From an uncultured Candidatus Saccharibacteria bacterium (GTDB lineage Bacteria > Patescibacteriota > Minisyncoccia > Phycocordibacterales > UBA9973), in contig CAYNHU010000003.1 in the NCBI GenBank assembly GCA_964397435.1, positions 29,731 to 91,970 of the forward strand: a stretch of DNA of 62,240 nucleotides, given 5' to 3'. This document shows, piece by piece, positions 18,891 through 28,633 of this stretch (position 1 is its first letter; each line of letters begins with the position of its first letter). Both the position numbers and the translations under genes were made by a program. Under the pieces are notes generated by a model. It was given only the letters and a program-made list of their open reading frames with translations, searched no databases and had not been told where the DNA came from.

Positions 18891-19271
18891 TTATGTCTTA
18901 GATTCCTTTCGGCGACCTGATGACATTGTCTTACGAACGTTTCCACGAACTGTTCGTGAGTTTGTTTTTGTGCGCTGACCGCGAACTGGGAGTTTTCGCA
19001 TGTGGCGAACGCCGCGATATGCTTTGATATCCTTCAAACGCTTAATGTTTGCTGAAATTTCGCGTTTAAGGTTACCTTCAATCTTGAACTCTTCAATGAT
19101 CTTACGGATAGCATTCTCTTCGTCGATAGAGAGTGTGTCTGCTCGTCGACCGTGATCGATGCCTACCTGATCAAGCACTTTGCGAGCGCGAGCGAGCCCG
19201 ACGCCGTAGAGTACTGTGAGAGCGACTTCAAGTCGCTTTTCATTTGGGATGTTTATACCGAGTATTCTCAT
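18891..19271 (-). CDS. rpsM: 30S ribosomal protein S13
   Basis: MRILGINIPNEKRLEVALTVLYGVG and GQRTKTNSRT. Confidence 0.95.
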   Translation of the reverse strand: MRILGINIPNEKRLEVALTVLYGVGLARARKVLDQVGIDHGRRADTLSIDEENAIRKIIEEFKIEGNLKREISANIKRLKDIKAYRGVRHMRKLPVRGQRTKTNSRTVRGNVRKTMSSGRRKESKT

Positions 19272-19276
19272 AGGAT

Positions 19277-19387
19277 TTATTGCTTCTGCTTATGCTTTGG
19301 GTTATCGCAAATAACACGAAGGTGTCTCTTTCGGAGCACCAACTTGCATTTTTCACACATTTTTCGAACTCGTGATCGTACTTTCAT
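19277..19387 (-). CDS. rpmJ: 50S ribosomal protein L36
   Basis: Found by hand; too short for the ORF track. The sequence is [36 protein letters not shown], with ATG at 19387 and TAA at 19277-19279. It sits in the canonical position between infA and rpsM. Confidence 0.9.
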   Translation of the reverse strand: MKVRSRVRKMCEKCKLVLRKRHLRVICDNPKHKQKQ

Positions 19388-19518
19388 AATTTATCGCAAA
19401 AAGATAGAAAACCAAGGGCATTACCCTTAATTTTCTAGCTCAAATCATTATTTAATCTAACTGGTAAGCAGTGTACACTATTTCTAAAAAATATGCAAGT
19501 CCCCTCCTTGGGAAAACC

Positions 19519-19731
19519 TTAATTTCTACGGATAATACGACCCTTACCACCGTATGGGTCGAGTAAAACTTCAACTTTGTCTCCTACGAGAATCTTGATA
19601 CGGTGAAGGCGCATTTTACCTGAAAGGTACGCCAACAGTGGCGTTTCCCCTCCTAAATCTACTTTGAAAAGTGTGTTCGGAAGTGCTTCCGTAACGACAC
19701 CTAATTTTGTTTCGCCTTGATCTTTTGCCAT
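19519..19731 (-). CDS. infA: translation initiation factor IF-1
   Basis: 70-aa S1-like OB fold: GVVTEALPNTLFKVDL, GKMRLHRIKILVGD. Confidence 0.95.
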   Translation of the reverse strand: MAKDQGETKLGVVTEALPNTLFKVDLGGETPLLAYLSGKMRLHRIKILVGDKVEVLLDPYGGKGRIIRRN

Positions 19732-19774
19732 GTGGAGTAATTGTAGCAGGTAGTATAGTCGTGGTCAATCAATA

Positions 19775-21112
19775 CTATTCAGCTCGCTGTGGTTCATTGA
19801 CAACCACGTTGATTTTTTCTGCATCAGTCGGCAGTGTATTCATCCAAAATGGATGGAGTATGAGTTCAGCTTCATCAACCGAAGCGATTGTTTGCATACG
19901 AGTAGAGAAAACCATCCGCTGTGCACCAGCAAGAAGCTTTTTGACAGCCTGGATATCAACAGACCAAACTGCCATGAGATCACCTTTAACAGTGAACGAG
20001 ATTGTTTTTGGGAGTGTTTCTTTTGAAATGTCTGAAGTAATGTTGTATACCAACGCATCAGTACCACGGAATGTGACTTGTGATGGATCGACTGTTTCCT
20101 CAGGCGCGATTGCTTTCAAGAACGCAGCCTTGAGGTCAGTTTCTTTGATGAGAATTGCACGCTGTTTACCTCCGTAAGTCACCGTAACTGTCGCTGTCTG
20201 GCTTGGAGTATTTTTTACAGAATCATCCGCAATAAACGTCATGCTATTGGGAAGCAACACATATCCGTCAGGAATTTGTTTCGTTGTCTCTTCTTGAAGT
20301 TTATTTTTGAGATCAGTTTCGAGTCCCGTAACAGCAGTTTTGTATTCTTCATCAGTTAGATAAAATACAGCACCAGATGTACCTCCAGTAAACGCAGTTT
20401 TGCCGCGACCGTAGACAAGTTTTTCTTTTGCAGTGCCTTTAAATGCAACAACCGTGAAATCTGAAAGTGGGATGTTTCCCTCAGGGCCACCTTGGTCAGC
20501 AACAAGAGTTACAGTAACCTGTCCTGGCCCTGCTGCAGTTTTCTTTGGAATAGTAACACCTGTTGGGAGACGAAATACTTGACCTTTTGCATCGGCAAAA
20601 CGTGTTGTTGCTATGAGTTGTTGACTTGTTGTCTGGAAGTTATACAAAACAACAGTTCCACTCGCCTTCATTTTTGCAGTATCAGTTTGTGTTGCGGTAA
20701 CTTCTTTGGTTACAGTCTCGGGAAGTGTCATGACTTCATAATGGAGGGTTGCATTTTCGTCACTACTTGCGTTAAGTGAAAGATCAACTGAACCTGAAAC
20801 ATGTTTTGGAGTTACAGTAACAGTTGCACCACGAAACATGAATGAGAGTGCATACAAACCACCAGCAACAATAACAAGCGCTGCAACAATAACGGCAGTG
20901 ATGCGTCCCCAGCTTGGATGACGAGTTTTTGGGGTGTGTGGATGATGTGGTTCGTGTGTATATGTTTTTTCGACAACACTGTCTCGATTTTCAAGAATTG
21001 GACGCTGTCGTGTATGTACAGGTGCTGGTTCAGCAACATCAGCTGTCTGACGCTTAGCTTCACTACCTGGGCGTGAAAGTGGACGAATATCTCCTAAAAA
21101 ATTCTTTTTCAT
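19775..21112 (-). CDS. hypothetical bitopic membrane protein with a large Thr/Val-rich extracytoplasmic domain
   Basis: About 70 charged cytoplasmic residues, then one TM (ITAVIVAALVIVAGGLYALSF), then about 350 beta-rich residues. It lies 10 nt downstream of the actin-fold gene. A faint resemblance to baseplate-J-like annotations is unverified. Confidence 0.7.
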   Translation of the reverse strand: MKKNFLGDIRPLSRPGSEAKRQTADVAEPAPVHTRQRPILENRDSVVEKTYTHEPHHPHTPKTRHPSWGRITAVIVAALVIVAGGLYALSFMFRGATVTVTPKHVSGSVDLSLNASSDENATLHYEVMTLPETVTKEVTATQTDTAKMKASGTVVLYNFQTTSQQLIATTRFADAKGQVFRLPTGVTIPKKTAAGPGQVTVTLVADQGGPEGNIPLSDFTVVAFKGTAKEKLVYGRGKTAFTGGTSGAVFYLTDEEYKTAVTGLETDLKNKLQEETTKQIPDGYVLLPNSMTFIADDSVKNTPSQTATVTVTYGGKQRAILIKETDLKAAFLKAIAPEETVDPSQVTFRGTDALVYNITSDISKETLPKTISFTVKGDLMAVWSVDIQAVKKLLAGAQRMVFSTRMQTIASVDEAELILHPFWMNTLPTDAEKINVVVNEPQRAE

Positions 21113-21121
21113 ATAGTTCTA

Positions 21122-22309
21122 TTATAACTTAGTATCCATATATTTTGCGACCAAAAGTGCTGCAATTGCACCTCGAGGATGTGGATTTCGACTCTTTTGA
21201 GTAAAATTGTGCCATGGGACTTCAGCAAGTTCTACTACTGTAAACGCTTGAGCTGTCAGTGTGTGCTGAATTCGGGTTTCATTCAACAAGGTTGTTTTGA
21301 ATAATCCAGAAAATGGTAGTGGCTCAGTAAGAAGTGCGATGGTATGTGGTAATGAGTGGTGCTTTGCTATTTTTTCAAGAGAAACACCGAACTGATGTGA
21401 CCATTCTTGAATAAGCGGTTCAAGTACACGCTCAATCGACTTTGCAGCCGTACCATGCATTACTCCTGAGAGATACACTGAGAGTTCGCTGGTAGCATCA
21501 GCGAGTGAACATCCTTTTTTGTGTGCGTATGCGCGGTAGAGTGTATTTGTACCCCATGGAAATGAGATAGTTTCTGCGTACATATTGTCTTTTACAAGAA
21601 CAATATCAGTCACCTCGCCTCCAACATCAACAAACACAAACTCATTCATTGTGATAAACAAGTCACGAGTTACCATTGAGCCAGCGTGGGCAAATGTTCT
21701 GAAACGAACTTCTTTTCTATGAAAAACAGCACCTATCTGATCCTGCATTTTGGTAAGTAATTCACGAGGAGCAATACTCAATACCATACCAATTGAGAGT
21801 TCTTTAGCTTTTTTGCCGTAAAAATCAGGTGTTGCGTAACCATTGAGTTTTACATCGGTAATTTCTTTCTCAATAAGTATATCTTTGTCGGCACGAACGT
21901 ATTCACGACCAAATAATTCAACTTCTTTCTTTACTAAATCTTTGATGAGTTTCTCGGTTATGGTAAATGGTACATGTTTACTGATTTTAATAGAACGTAC
22001 CTGTGCTGCGTACCATGGAGATTCAAGGAAACAGATAATTTTGTCAGGACTACCGATTGATTCATGGACTAATCGGTTGCCTGCTTCACGCAGAGATTTC
22101 TGCATGTTCTTTATGAGCTGTTCAGTTGAGAGAGATTTAGTTATGGGAATCGGAACAACTGCTCCATGAGTAATTTCAGGAATCGCACGTTTACTGGTGA
22201 TATCAAAAATAACGTGTGCTCCGATAATAGCACTGCTGCCCACATGGAAAATAACAGCGCGCTTAGTTTGTGGAGATGAACGAAAGAGTCGCATGTATAT
22301 AGTATACAT
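21122..22309 (-). CDS. divergent actin-fold (ASKHA; FtsA/PilM-like) protein
   Basis: Phosphate-1-like AVIFHVGSSAIIGAHV and phosphate-2-like FVFVDVGGEVTDIVLV. The start is ATG at 22309 or 22294. The track start at 22627 runs through the alaS terminator and into alaS, so it is rejected. Confidence 0.65.
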   Translation of the reverse strand: MYTIYMRLFRSSPQTKRAVIFHVGSSAIIGAHVIFDITSKRAIPEITHGAVVPIPITKSLSTEQLIKNMQKSLREAGNRLVHESIGSPDKIICFLESPWYAAQVRSIKISKHVPFTITEKLIKDLVKKEVELFGREYVRADKDILIEKEITDVKLNGYATPDFYGKKAKELSIGMVLSIAPRELLTKMQDQIGAVFHRKEVRFRTFAHAGSMVTRDLFITMNEFVFVDVGGEVTDIVLVKDNMYAETISFPWGTNTLYRAYAHKKGCSLADATSELSVYLSGVMHGTAAKSIERVLEPLIQEWSHQFGVSLEKIAKHHSLPHTIALLTEPLPFSGLFKTTLLNETRIQHTLTAQAFTVVELAEVPWHNFTQKSRNPHPRGAIAALLVAKYMDTKL

Positions 22310-22318
22310 CACAAGCAA

Positions 22319-22350
22319 ACAGCGCGGAAGCCTTCGGCTTCCGCGCTGTT
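22319..22350 (-). terminator. GC-rich hairpin after alaS
   Basis: The sequence aacagcgcggaagcc ttcg gcttccgcgctgtt forms a perfect stem with a UUCG loop. The minus-strand trailer is tttgcttg. Confidence 0.6.
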
Positions 22351-22367
22351 CACACCACGCACACAAA

Positions 22368-24125
22368 TTATTCCAAAACTGCTTTAATTCGTCGCACACC
22401 TTGTGATACGGCTTCTTCTTTTTGAATCTTAAAGTGCCCGAGTTCACTTGTGTTTTGCACATGCGGTCCACCGCAAAACTCTTTTGAGAAATGTGAACCG
22501 TCTTTTTCTTGAATAAAGTAGACAGAAACTGTATCTGGATATTTTGCACCGAATTCCATCTCTGCACCAAGGGCCTGCGCCTCAGTGAGTGGCATTTCTT
22601 TGCGAATAACATCAAGTTTTTCGGCAATTTTCTGATTTACAAGATTTTCTACCTGTACTTTTTCTTCATCAGTCATCTTTCGATCAAAGAGGAAGTCCAT
22701 ACGGAGGCGTTCTTCGGTAATATTTGAACCACGTTGCTTCACGGTGTCACCAAGCACTCGCTGAAGCGCAGCAAGTAACAAGTGGTGCGCTGTGTGCAAT
22801 TTAACTGTTTCTGGATTTGTGTTTGCAAGACCGCCTTTGAATGTTCCTGCACTCTGAGTGCGTGATTGTTCTTGATGTTCTTTGAGTTTCTGATCAAATG
22901 CTTCACGATCAATAGCTGTACCGCGCTCACGAGCCAATTCTTCGGTTAATTCAATAGGAAAACCGTATGTTGTAAACAATGTGAACGGATCAGTGCCTTT
23001 TTCGAACTGGCGAAGACCATCTTTGAGCATGCTTCGGAATTTGCGTTCTTCAGCAGCAACAACTGCTTTTGTATTAGTTTCTTGGGCTGCGAGTTCTGGG
23101 TATGCGTCTTGGTATTTTGCAATCGTTTTTGAAACGAGAATACTGAGTGATTCTTCAGGAAGACCGAGCATATCAGCAAAACGGATAGTTCGGCGCATCA
23201 AGCGACGCAAAATGTACCCACGATCTTTGTTTGAAGGTTTGACACCATCAGTAATCAAAAACACACTTGTTCGCACGTGATCAGCGATAACGCGAGCGGC
23301 TTTCTGATTATCTATTTTCTGATGTGTTTTGATGTAATCCATTACATCAGCGAACAAATCGGTATCGTAAATATTTGAAGCACCTTGTACCACAGTTGTC
23401 ACACGTTCAAGACCGGCACCAGTATCTACGTTGCGTGTAGGAAGTTCACCTGCAACCGCACCATTTTCCTGACGATACATCATGAATACATCATTCCAAA
23501 TTTCAACAACCTTTTGAGCATCTTCTGCTGCTTCAAATTGTTCTTGTGTCATATCGCCAAGTGTGCCTGTGAGATCGTAGAACATTTCAGTCGATGGGCC
23601 CGCTGGAGAATTTGGTCCAGCACTCCACCAGTTTGATTTTGAACTCTTGAAATAGATTCGGTGTTCTGGGACACCAAGTTTTTTCCAAATCTCAACAGCT
23701 TCAGTATCTCGAGGGACAGCATCACTACCACCAAAAACCGTCACATAGAGACGTGCAGGGTCGAGCCCGAGTCCTTCTTCAGGAGATGTTAAGAATGTCC
23801 AACTCCAGGTAATTGCATCTTCTTTGAAATAGTCACCAAGTGACCAGTTACCAAGCATTTCAAAAAATGTAAGGTGTGTCGCGTCACCAACTTCATCAAG
23901 GTCTACTGTACGAACGCATTTCTGTGAGTTTGCGAGTCGAGTTCCCTGTGGATGTTTTTCACCCATAAGATACGGCATAAGCGGCTGCATACCAGCGATA
24001 TTGAAGAGTGTTGCATTCGCACCGTTACCTGTATCAGATGTAACCAACGAAGCCGATGGCAAAATAACATGGCCTCGGTTCTTAAAAAATGCCAAAAAAC
24101 GGCTACGAATTTCTTGTGACTGCAT
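22368..24125 (-). CDS. alaS: alanine--tRNA ligase, compact form (585 aa; no C-Ala domain)
   Basis: Motifs FFKNRGHVILPSASL, GNWSLGDYFK, editing-site HTAHHLLLAAL and CGGPHV. The ORF ends shortly after the editing domain. Confidence 0.92.
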   Translation of the reverse strand: MQSQEIRSRFLAFFKNRGHVILPSASLVTSDTGNGANATLFNIAGMQPLMPYLMGEKHPQGTRLANSQKCVRTVDLDEVGDATHLTFFEMLGNWSLGDYFKEDAITWSWTFLTSPEEGLGLDPARLYVTVFGGSDAVPRDTEAVEIWKKLGVPEHRIYFKSSKSNWWSAGPNSPAGPSTEMFYDLTGTLGDMTQEQFEAAEDAQKVVEIWNDVFMMYRQENGAVAGELPTRNVDTGAGLERVTTVVQGASNIYDTDLFADVMDYIKTHQKIDNQKAARVIADHVRTSVFLITDGVKPSNKDRGYILRRLMRRTIRFADMLGLPEESLSILVSKTIAKYQDAYPELAAQETNTKAVVAAEERKFRSMLKDGLRQFEKGTDPFTLFTTYGFPIELTEELARERGTAIDREAFDQKLKEHQEQSRTQSAGTFKGGLANTNPETVKLHTAHHLLLAALQRVLGDTVKQRGSNITEERLRMDFLFDRKMTDEEKVQVENLVNQKIAEKLDVIRKEMPLTEAQALGAEMEFGAKYPDTVSVYFIQEKDGSHFSKEFCGGPHVQNTSELGHFKIQKEEAVSQGVRRIKAVLE

Positions 24126-24160
24126 ATAGGGCGGAGTATATCAAAAAGTACTATAAAAAA

Positions 24161-24661
24161 CTATTCCTGTGGTTTATCAATAACGTCTTCGCCAATCCAT
24201 GCAATATCGATACGTTTAATGCGCTGTTCAACAAACCAGAGAACTACGAATACAAACAACGTAAGAATAGTTGCGAGTACTGCGAGGTCAAATGCTCCGT
24301 AACCAACAGCAAGACCGATACCTGCAGCAACCCAGAGACTTGTAGCTGACGTGAGTCCAAACAAATGATTTTTATCACGCCAAATCATCAAACCAGTTCC
24401 CAAGAAACCAATACCTGAAACAACGGCGGCAGTGATAACACTCGGATTATAACTAGCAATATTGAAATAGACATCAACAGTCGTATCTGCAACAAGCACA
24501 AACAGCGCTGCACCCATTGATACAAGTGCGTACGTGCGCATGCCGGCAGTTTTGTGAGCAATAATTCGTTCAACTCCAATAATCAAGCCGCAGAGCATTG
24601 CAACAAAAAGCTTCACAAGGTATTCATTAAACGCAGGGCTAAGTACAAAAATATTTTCCAT
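24161..24661 (-). CDS. MgtC/SapB family membrane protein
   Basis: The sequence reads LFVAMLCGLIIGVERIIAHKTAGMRTYALVSMGAALF. Confidence 0.75.
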   Translation of the reverse strand: MENIFVLSPAFNEYLVKLFVAMLCGLIIGVERIIAHKTAGMRTYALVSMGAALFVLVADTTVDVYFNIASYNPSVITAAVVSGIGFLGTGLMIWRDKNHLFGLTSATSLWVAAGIGLAVGYGAFDLAVLATILTLFVFVVLWFVEQRIKRIDIAWIGEDVIDKPQE

Positions 24662-24676
24662 AATGAATCTATTCTA

Positions 24677-25753
24677 TCACGCAATAATACCTCCTCCAAG
24701 ACATGCGGTCGCAGAATAGACGACCAATGACTGACCCGATGATGCAGTCATATCAGGTTCTTGGAATGTAATCTCTGCTGTTGTGTCGGTCATGGCGGTA
24801 ATAGTACATTTTACAAGTGGTGCACGATAGCGAGTACGCACAAACAACACGTCTCCAACTGCACGTGGACGAATCCAGTTAGTTCGTTCAATCATGCAAA
24901 CATATTTTGATGTTCGAAGTGCCGACTCCTCAGGTTTTTCTGAAACAGTAATCGTATTTTTCGCACTATCTTTACTTACAACATAAAAAACCTTACCAAT
25001 CACAGCTTTGTTAGTGATAGTAAAACCATGACGTTCTCCAAGAGTAAAAAATACTGATCCAGGATGCGTTCCTATTTCTGTACCGTCTTCGAGGAGCACT
25101 GGGCCAGCAACAGGTTTAATGTATTCTTTGAGAAAATCTTTCATATCAATAGCACCGAGCATGCAGATCCCCTGACTGTCTTTTTTAATTGCTGTTGGTA
25201 GACTGTATTTTTGAGCAAGATTGCGGACTTCTTTTTTCTTGAGATGTCCAACTGGAAATAGAATGTGTTTAAGGTCGTCCTGTGTTAGTGTCCACAAGAA
25301 ATACGTCTGATCTTTTTCTCCGTCTTTTGAAACTGCGAGGTCATAGAGACCATCAGCTCCTTTAGTTACTTGCGCATAGTGTCCTGTTGCAACAAAGTCA
25401 GCACCTTCTTTGAGTGCCCATGCTTTAAATGCGCCAAATTTAATTTCACGATTACACATAACGTCAGGGTTTGGTGTTCTACCCTTTTTGTATTCATCAA
25501 TCATGTAATCAGCAACGTAGCGCTTGTATTCCTGTTCTAAATCAAGCTCACGAAATGGAATACCGAGGTGTGCTGCGACACGCATTGCGTCGCGGCGTTC
25601 GTCTCTCCAGGTGCAGGCGATGAAATCCGGCTGCCAGGTACGAATAAAAACGCCCACTACATGGTATCCATGTGATTGGAGTAGTGCGGCAGAAACAGAT
25701 GAGTCTACCCCACCTGACAAACCGACGTACACTGTTTTTTTGCGAGACGCCAT
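24677..25753 (-). CDS. mnmA: tRNA 2-thiouridine(34) synthase MnmA
   Basis: PP-loop VYVGLSGGVDSSVSA, NPDVMCN and GHYA. Confidence 0.93.
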   Translation of the reverse strand: MASRKKTVYVGLSGGVDSSVSAALLQSHGYHVVGVFIRTWQPDFIACTWRDERRDAMRVAAHLGIPFRELDLEQEYKRYVADYMIDEYKKGRTPNPDVMCNREIKFGAFKAWALKEGADFVATGHYAQVTKGADGLYDLAVSKDGEKDQTYFLWTLTQDDLKHILFPVGHLKKKEVRNLAQKYSLPTAIKKDSQGICMLGAIDMKDFLKEYIKPVAGPVLLEDGTEIGTHPGSVFFTLGERHGFTITNKAVIGKVFYVVSKDSAKNTITVSEKPEESALRTSKYVCMIERTNWIRPRAVGDVLFVRTRYRAPLVKCTITAMTDTTAEITFQEPDMTASSGQSLVVYSATACLGGGIIA

Positions 25754-25762
25754 GTAGTGAGA

Positions 25763-26311
25763 TTACAATGACATGAGCTTTTTGTACAGAGCGAGCGTTG
25801 CTTGAACATCAGCGAGAGCTTCGTGCTGCGCGCTTTGTTCAATTTCAAAGTAATCGCACAAAGCGCGCAGCGATAAATGATCCACTTCTTTATTTCCATG
25901 CAAAAGCGCATACGCCATCGAAATAGTATCGAGTTTGTGATAGTGCATGCGATTTAAAATGCCTGTTTTTTGAAACGCTTTTTCTAAAAAACCAGCATCA
26001 AAAGCAACGTTGTGTCCAACCATTACTGCACCTTCGGTTTTTTCGCCGATGCGATGCATTACTTCTTCGAGCGGAAGTGCATCACCCCACGCACTCGGAT
26101 CGTAGTGGTTGATTTTTAACGAAAGTGGATCAGCATCACCAATTCGTTCAGGTTTAATACGGTATTCAAACTGATCTAAAACTTCATATGACGCACTATC
26201 AGCTGGATTAGTGATTCGAACGATAATTCCTGCCACTTCAATAATCTCATGCCGCTCAGCATTAAGTCCTGTTGTTTCAGTATCAATAAAAGCAAAAGTA
26301 GTTGGTTTCAT
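25763..26311 (-). CDS. DEDDh 3'-5' exonuclease (DnaQ/epsilon-like)
   Basis: Exo motifs FIDTETTGL, GHNVAFDAGFL and HEALADVQAT. Confidence 0.8.
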   Translation of the reverse strand: MKPTTFAFIDTETTGLNAERHEIIEVAGIIVRITNPADSASYEVLDQFEYRIKPERIGDADPLSLKINHYDPSAWGDALPLEEVMHRIGEKTEGAVMVGHNVAFDAGFLEKAFQKTGILNRMHYHKLDTISMAYALLHGNKEVDHLSLRALCDYFEIEQSAQHEALADVQATLALYKKLMSL

Positions 26312-26317
26312 ACAGTA

Positions 26318-27316
26318 TTAGCGCACGAGATATCGTGCAATGTTACGTTTATGCTCTTCGAATGTTTTAGCGTAATGCACTACTCCTGTTCGATCGTGAA
26401 GATAAAACAAATAGTCAGTTTTGGCTGGTCGTAATACTGCAACGATTGATGATTTACTTGGACTACCGATCGGCCCTGGAGTTAATCCAGAACGTGTATA
26501 GGTATTATATAGTGAATCCGTTTTAATCAATTCAGGAGTGAGTTCACCTTGCGTAATATTGTATTCATACAAAAATGGCGCATCAACTTGCAATCGCATT
26601 CCTTTTTTAATTCGATTCGACAAAATACCGGCAATGATTGCTCGGTCGTTATCACCGGCAGCTTCACGTTCAACAAGTGACGCAAACGTAATAACATCAT
26701 GCTCAGTCATACCGCTCGCATTAATTTCAGGTCGAAGCGGGCTCACTACACGCTCGTACGCATTCCGAAGGAGGGCAATAACTTCATCAGTATCAGCTGC
26801 AGGATAAATAAAGTACGTATCAGGAAAGAGGAAACCTTCTTCGTTTTCAGTTTTCTGTAAAAAATCTTCTTTTGAAAAATATGGCAAATCTTTTGCGAAT
26901 CGATCAGCCATCTGTCGTCGATTAATACCTTCATAAAGAATTACTTTGACCGGCTCAACGTTAAAGTCTCCGGTTGCGAGATATTCTGCAACTGTCCAAA
27001 ATGAAACTGGCTTATCAAAATAATAATCTCCCGTTTGGAGTTGTGTATCTTTACCAAATACCTTGACCGCAACTTTGAGTAGTAAACTCGAACGAACAAG
27101 ATGTAATGTTTCAGCACGATCAGTTACTGAACCGAGTGTATCGCCTTGGCGAATTTTCAAAAACGTTTTCGTTGGGAAATTATTAGGAGCTGAAGATAAA
27201 TACAACACAAGTGCACATGCAATGCCAACAGCGAGAAAAACCAAGAGCGTTCCGATGCGAGAACGCTTTGGCATGTCTTGTAATTCGATTGGAATATGTT
27301 CTTGAAGTTCGTCCAT
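26318..27316 (-). CDS. mltG: endolytic murein transglycosylase MltG (YceG-like)
   Basis: N-terminal TM, ASLVEREAAGDNDR and YNTYTRSGLTPGPIGSP. Confidence 0.88.
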   Translation of the reverse strand: MDELQEHIPIELQDMPKRSRIGTLLVFLAVGIACALVLYLSSAPNNFPTKTFLKIRQGDTLGSVTDRAETLHLVRSSLLLKVAVKVFGKDTQLQTGDYYFDKPVSFWTVAEYLATGDFNVEPVKVILYEGINRRQMADRFAKDLPYFSKEDFLQKTENEEGFLFPDTYFIYPAADTDEVIALLRNAYERVVSPLRPEINASGMTEHDVITFASLVEREAAGDNDRAIIAGILSNRIKKGMRLQVDAPFLYEYNITQGELTPELIKTDSLYNTYTRSGLTPGPIGSPSKSSIVAVLRPAKTDYLFYLHDRTGVVHYAKTFEEHKRNIARYLVR

Positions 27317-27319
27317 AAG

Positions 27320-28621
27320 TTAGAAAGGCAAGTTCGCAGGAGGTTTTGCAGTCTTGGAATCAACACGTTTGAATGATGGAGATTCAGAAACCAAACCTGG
27401 GAAGTGGAAGATTGTCGCAAGTTCTTCGGTATTTAGGACAAATACATTCGGTGGGTTTGATGGGAAAAACCATTTAAGTGGTGGCGGGAAATCAAACGAG
27501 TACAAAAGTGGTGGATAGAAACATGTGCGAAGTTTGTAGTATGTAAGCATACGCCCCTTCAATTTCTCGAGAAGTTTACCCGTTGGGTCGCCCCATGTTG
27601 AGTCGTATTGTGTTGAGTTTACACGAGTGAATTCATTAGTCTCATGTTTTGAATACTGACGCCACATCAAACGTGATGCTCGACGTGTATTATTAAATGT
27701 ATGCACATCAACGATACGTTTATCAGCCAAACACACTTGTCGAATCAATACATCAAACGCGAGTTTGTTTTGCTTTTCTTTTACTGCTTTAACAAGATCC
27801 TTGTAGTATTCGGGCACACGGGCATCGAACGCAAACGTTGCTTTGTTGTTATCGTTTGATTGGGCACGTTTAAACGGAGCAAGAAAACGTTCAAGTTCTT
27901 CTTGTGAAGCATCACGGAATCCAACTTTGTGTCCGTGGTGCGCCTCACTGACATATGTCTTTTCTGATTGTCGAACGATAATCTGAATCCACACTTGTTC
28001 GCCACGTTCCAAGTTACCCAAAAATTCAATAACTGAAGTAATCGGATCAATTTTATCTTCTTCTTTGAGACCTGCTTTATCGAGACCATAATCTTTGTAA
28101 GTACGGATCGGATATGCATCATGATTTTTAAGCTTAAACTCGCAACCCCACAAATACCAATTACCGTCATTTCTGTAACGAGGAATGCGGAGCGTGTAGT
28201 CTTCTGCTTCAATAATACGAACTTGCGGATACTGAGCATAAAGCTGTGTCTCAACCATTTTCTTGAGGCGTGATGGTACACGAATGAAAAACTTCACTTT
28301 ACCATCAATACCAACGAGCTCGAGTGAGTACCAAAAGTGCACCGCGCCTTGCCAGTATGTCTCCCAAACACCTTTGAAACTCATGTGATAGAGCGCATTC
28401 GCCAAAAACAATTCCATCGCAAGTGGTGTTTTTTGCATTTCACGAGGAATAGTAACTTCAAGCAGTGTCCATTCGATACCACCAATGAATCGTTCACTCA
28501 CAAAGTGATGCCACAAGAAAAATGCGAGCCAACCCAAAAGAAGTGGAGCCCAAATAATCGCAGTTTTCCAAATGAATGCGATTATGACAGAAAGAACTGC
28601 AATGACGATTGAGCCAAACAT
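27320..28621 (-). CDS. hypothetical membrane protein (2 N-terminal TM helices plus a large soluble domain)
   Basis: 433-aa ORF reading MFGSIVIAVLSVIIAFIW, APLLLGWLAFFLW, then LLEVTIPREMQKTPLAMELFL. No family recognised. Confidence 0.75.
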   Translation of the reverse strand: MFGSIVIAVLSVIIAFIWKTAIIWAPLLLGWLAFFLWHHFVSERFIGGIEWTLLEVTIPREMQKTPLAMELFLANALYHMSFKGVWETYWQGAVHFWYSLELVGIDGKVKFFIRVPSRLKKMVETQLYAQYPQVRIIEAEDYTLRIPRYRNDGNWYLWGCEFKLKNHDAYPIRTYKDYGLDKAGLKEEDKIDPITSVIEFLGNLERGEQVWIQIIVRQSEKTYVSEAHHGHKVGFRDASQEELERFLAPFKRAQSNDNNKATFAFDARVPEYYKDLVKAVKEKQNKLAFDVLIRQVCLADKRIVDVHTFNNTRRASRLMWRQYSKHETNEFTRVNSTQYDSTWGDPTGKLLEKLKGRMLTYYKLRTCFYPPLLYSFDFPPPLKWFFPSNPPNVFVLNTEELATIFHFPGLVSESPSFKRVDSKTAKPPANLPF

Positions 28622-28633
28622 AAGTACAGTATA

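Noticed and set aside
19388-19518. AGGAGG-containing stretch (minus strand ccaaggagggg, about 19497-19510) just after infA, as the SD of a hidden small gene
   Set aside because: The following frames stop within about 4 codons, and L36 starts more than 100 nt further on. The spacer more likely holds only a weak hairpin (aaggg-catta-ccctt).
22310-22627. N-terminal 106-111 codons of track ORF 21122..22627, and similar long 5' extensions at 12501, 44653, 7580, 6788, 10394 and 44681
   Set aside because: The extensions run through terminator hairpins or into the neighbouring gene (alaS), or through AT-rich spacer. Internal ATGs preceded by -10-like boxes give proteins that start where homologs start.
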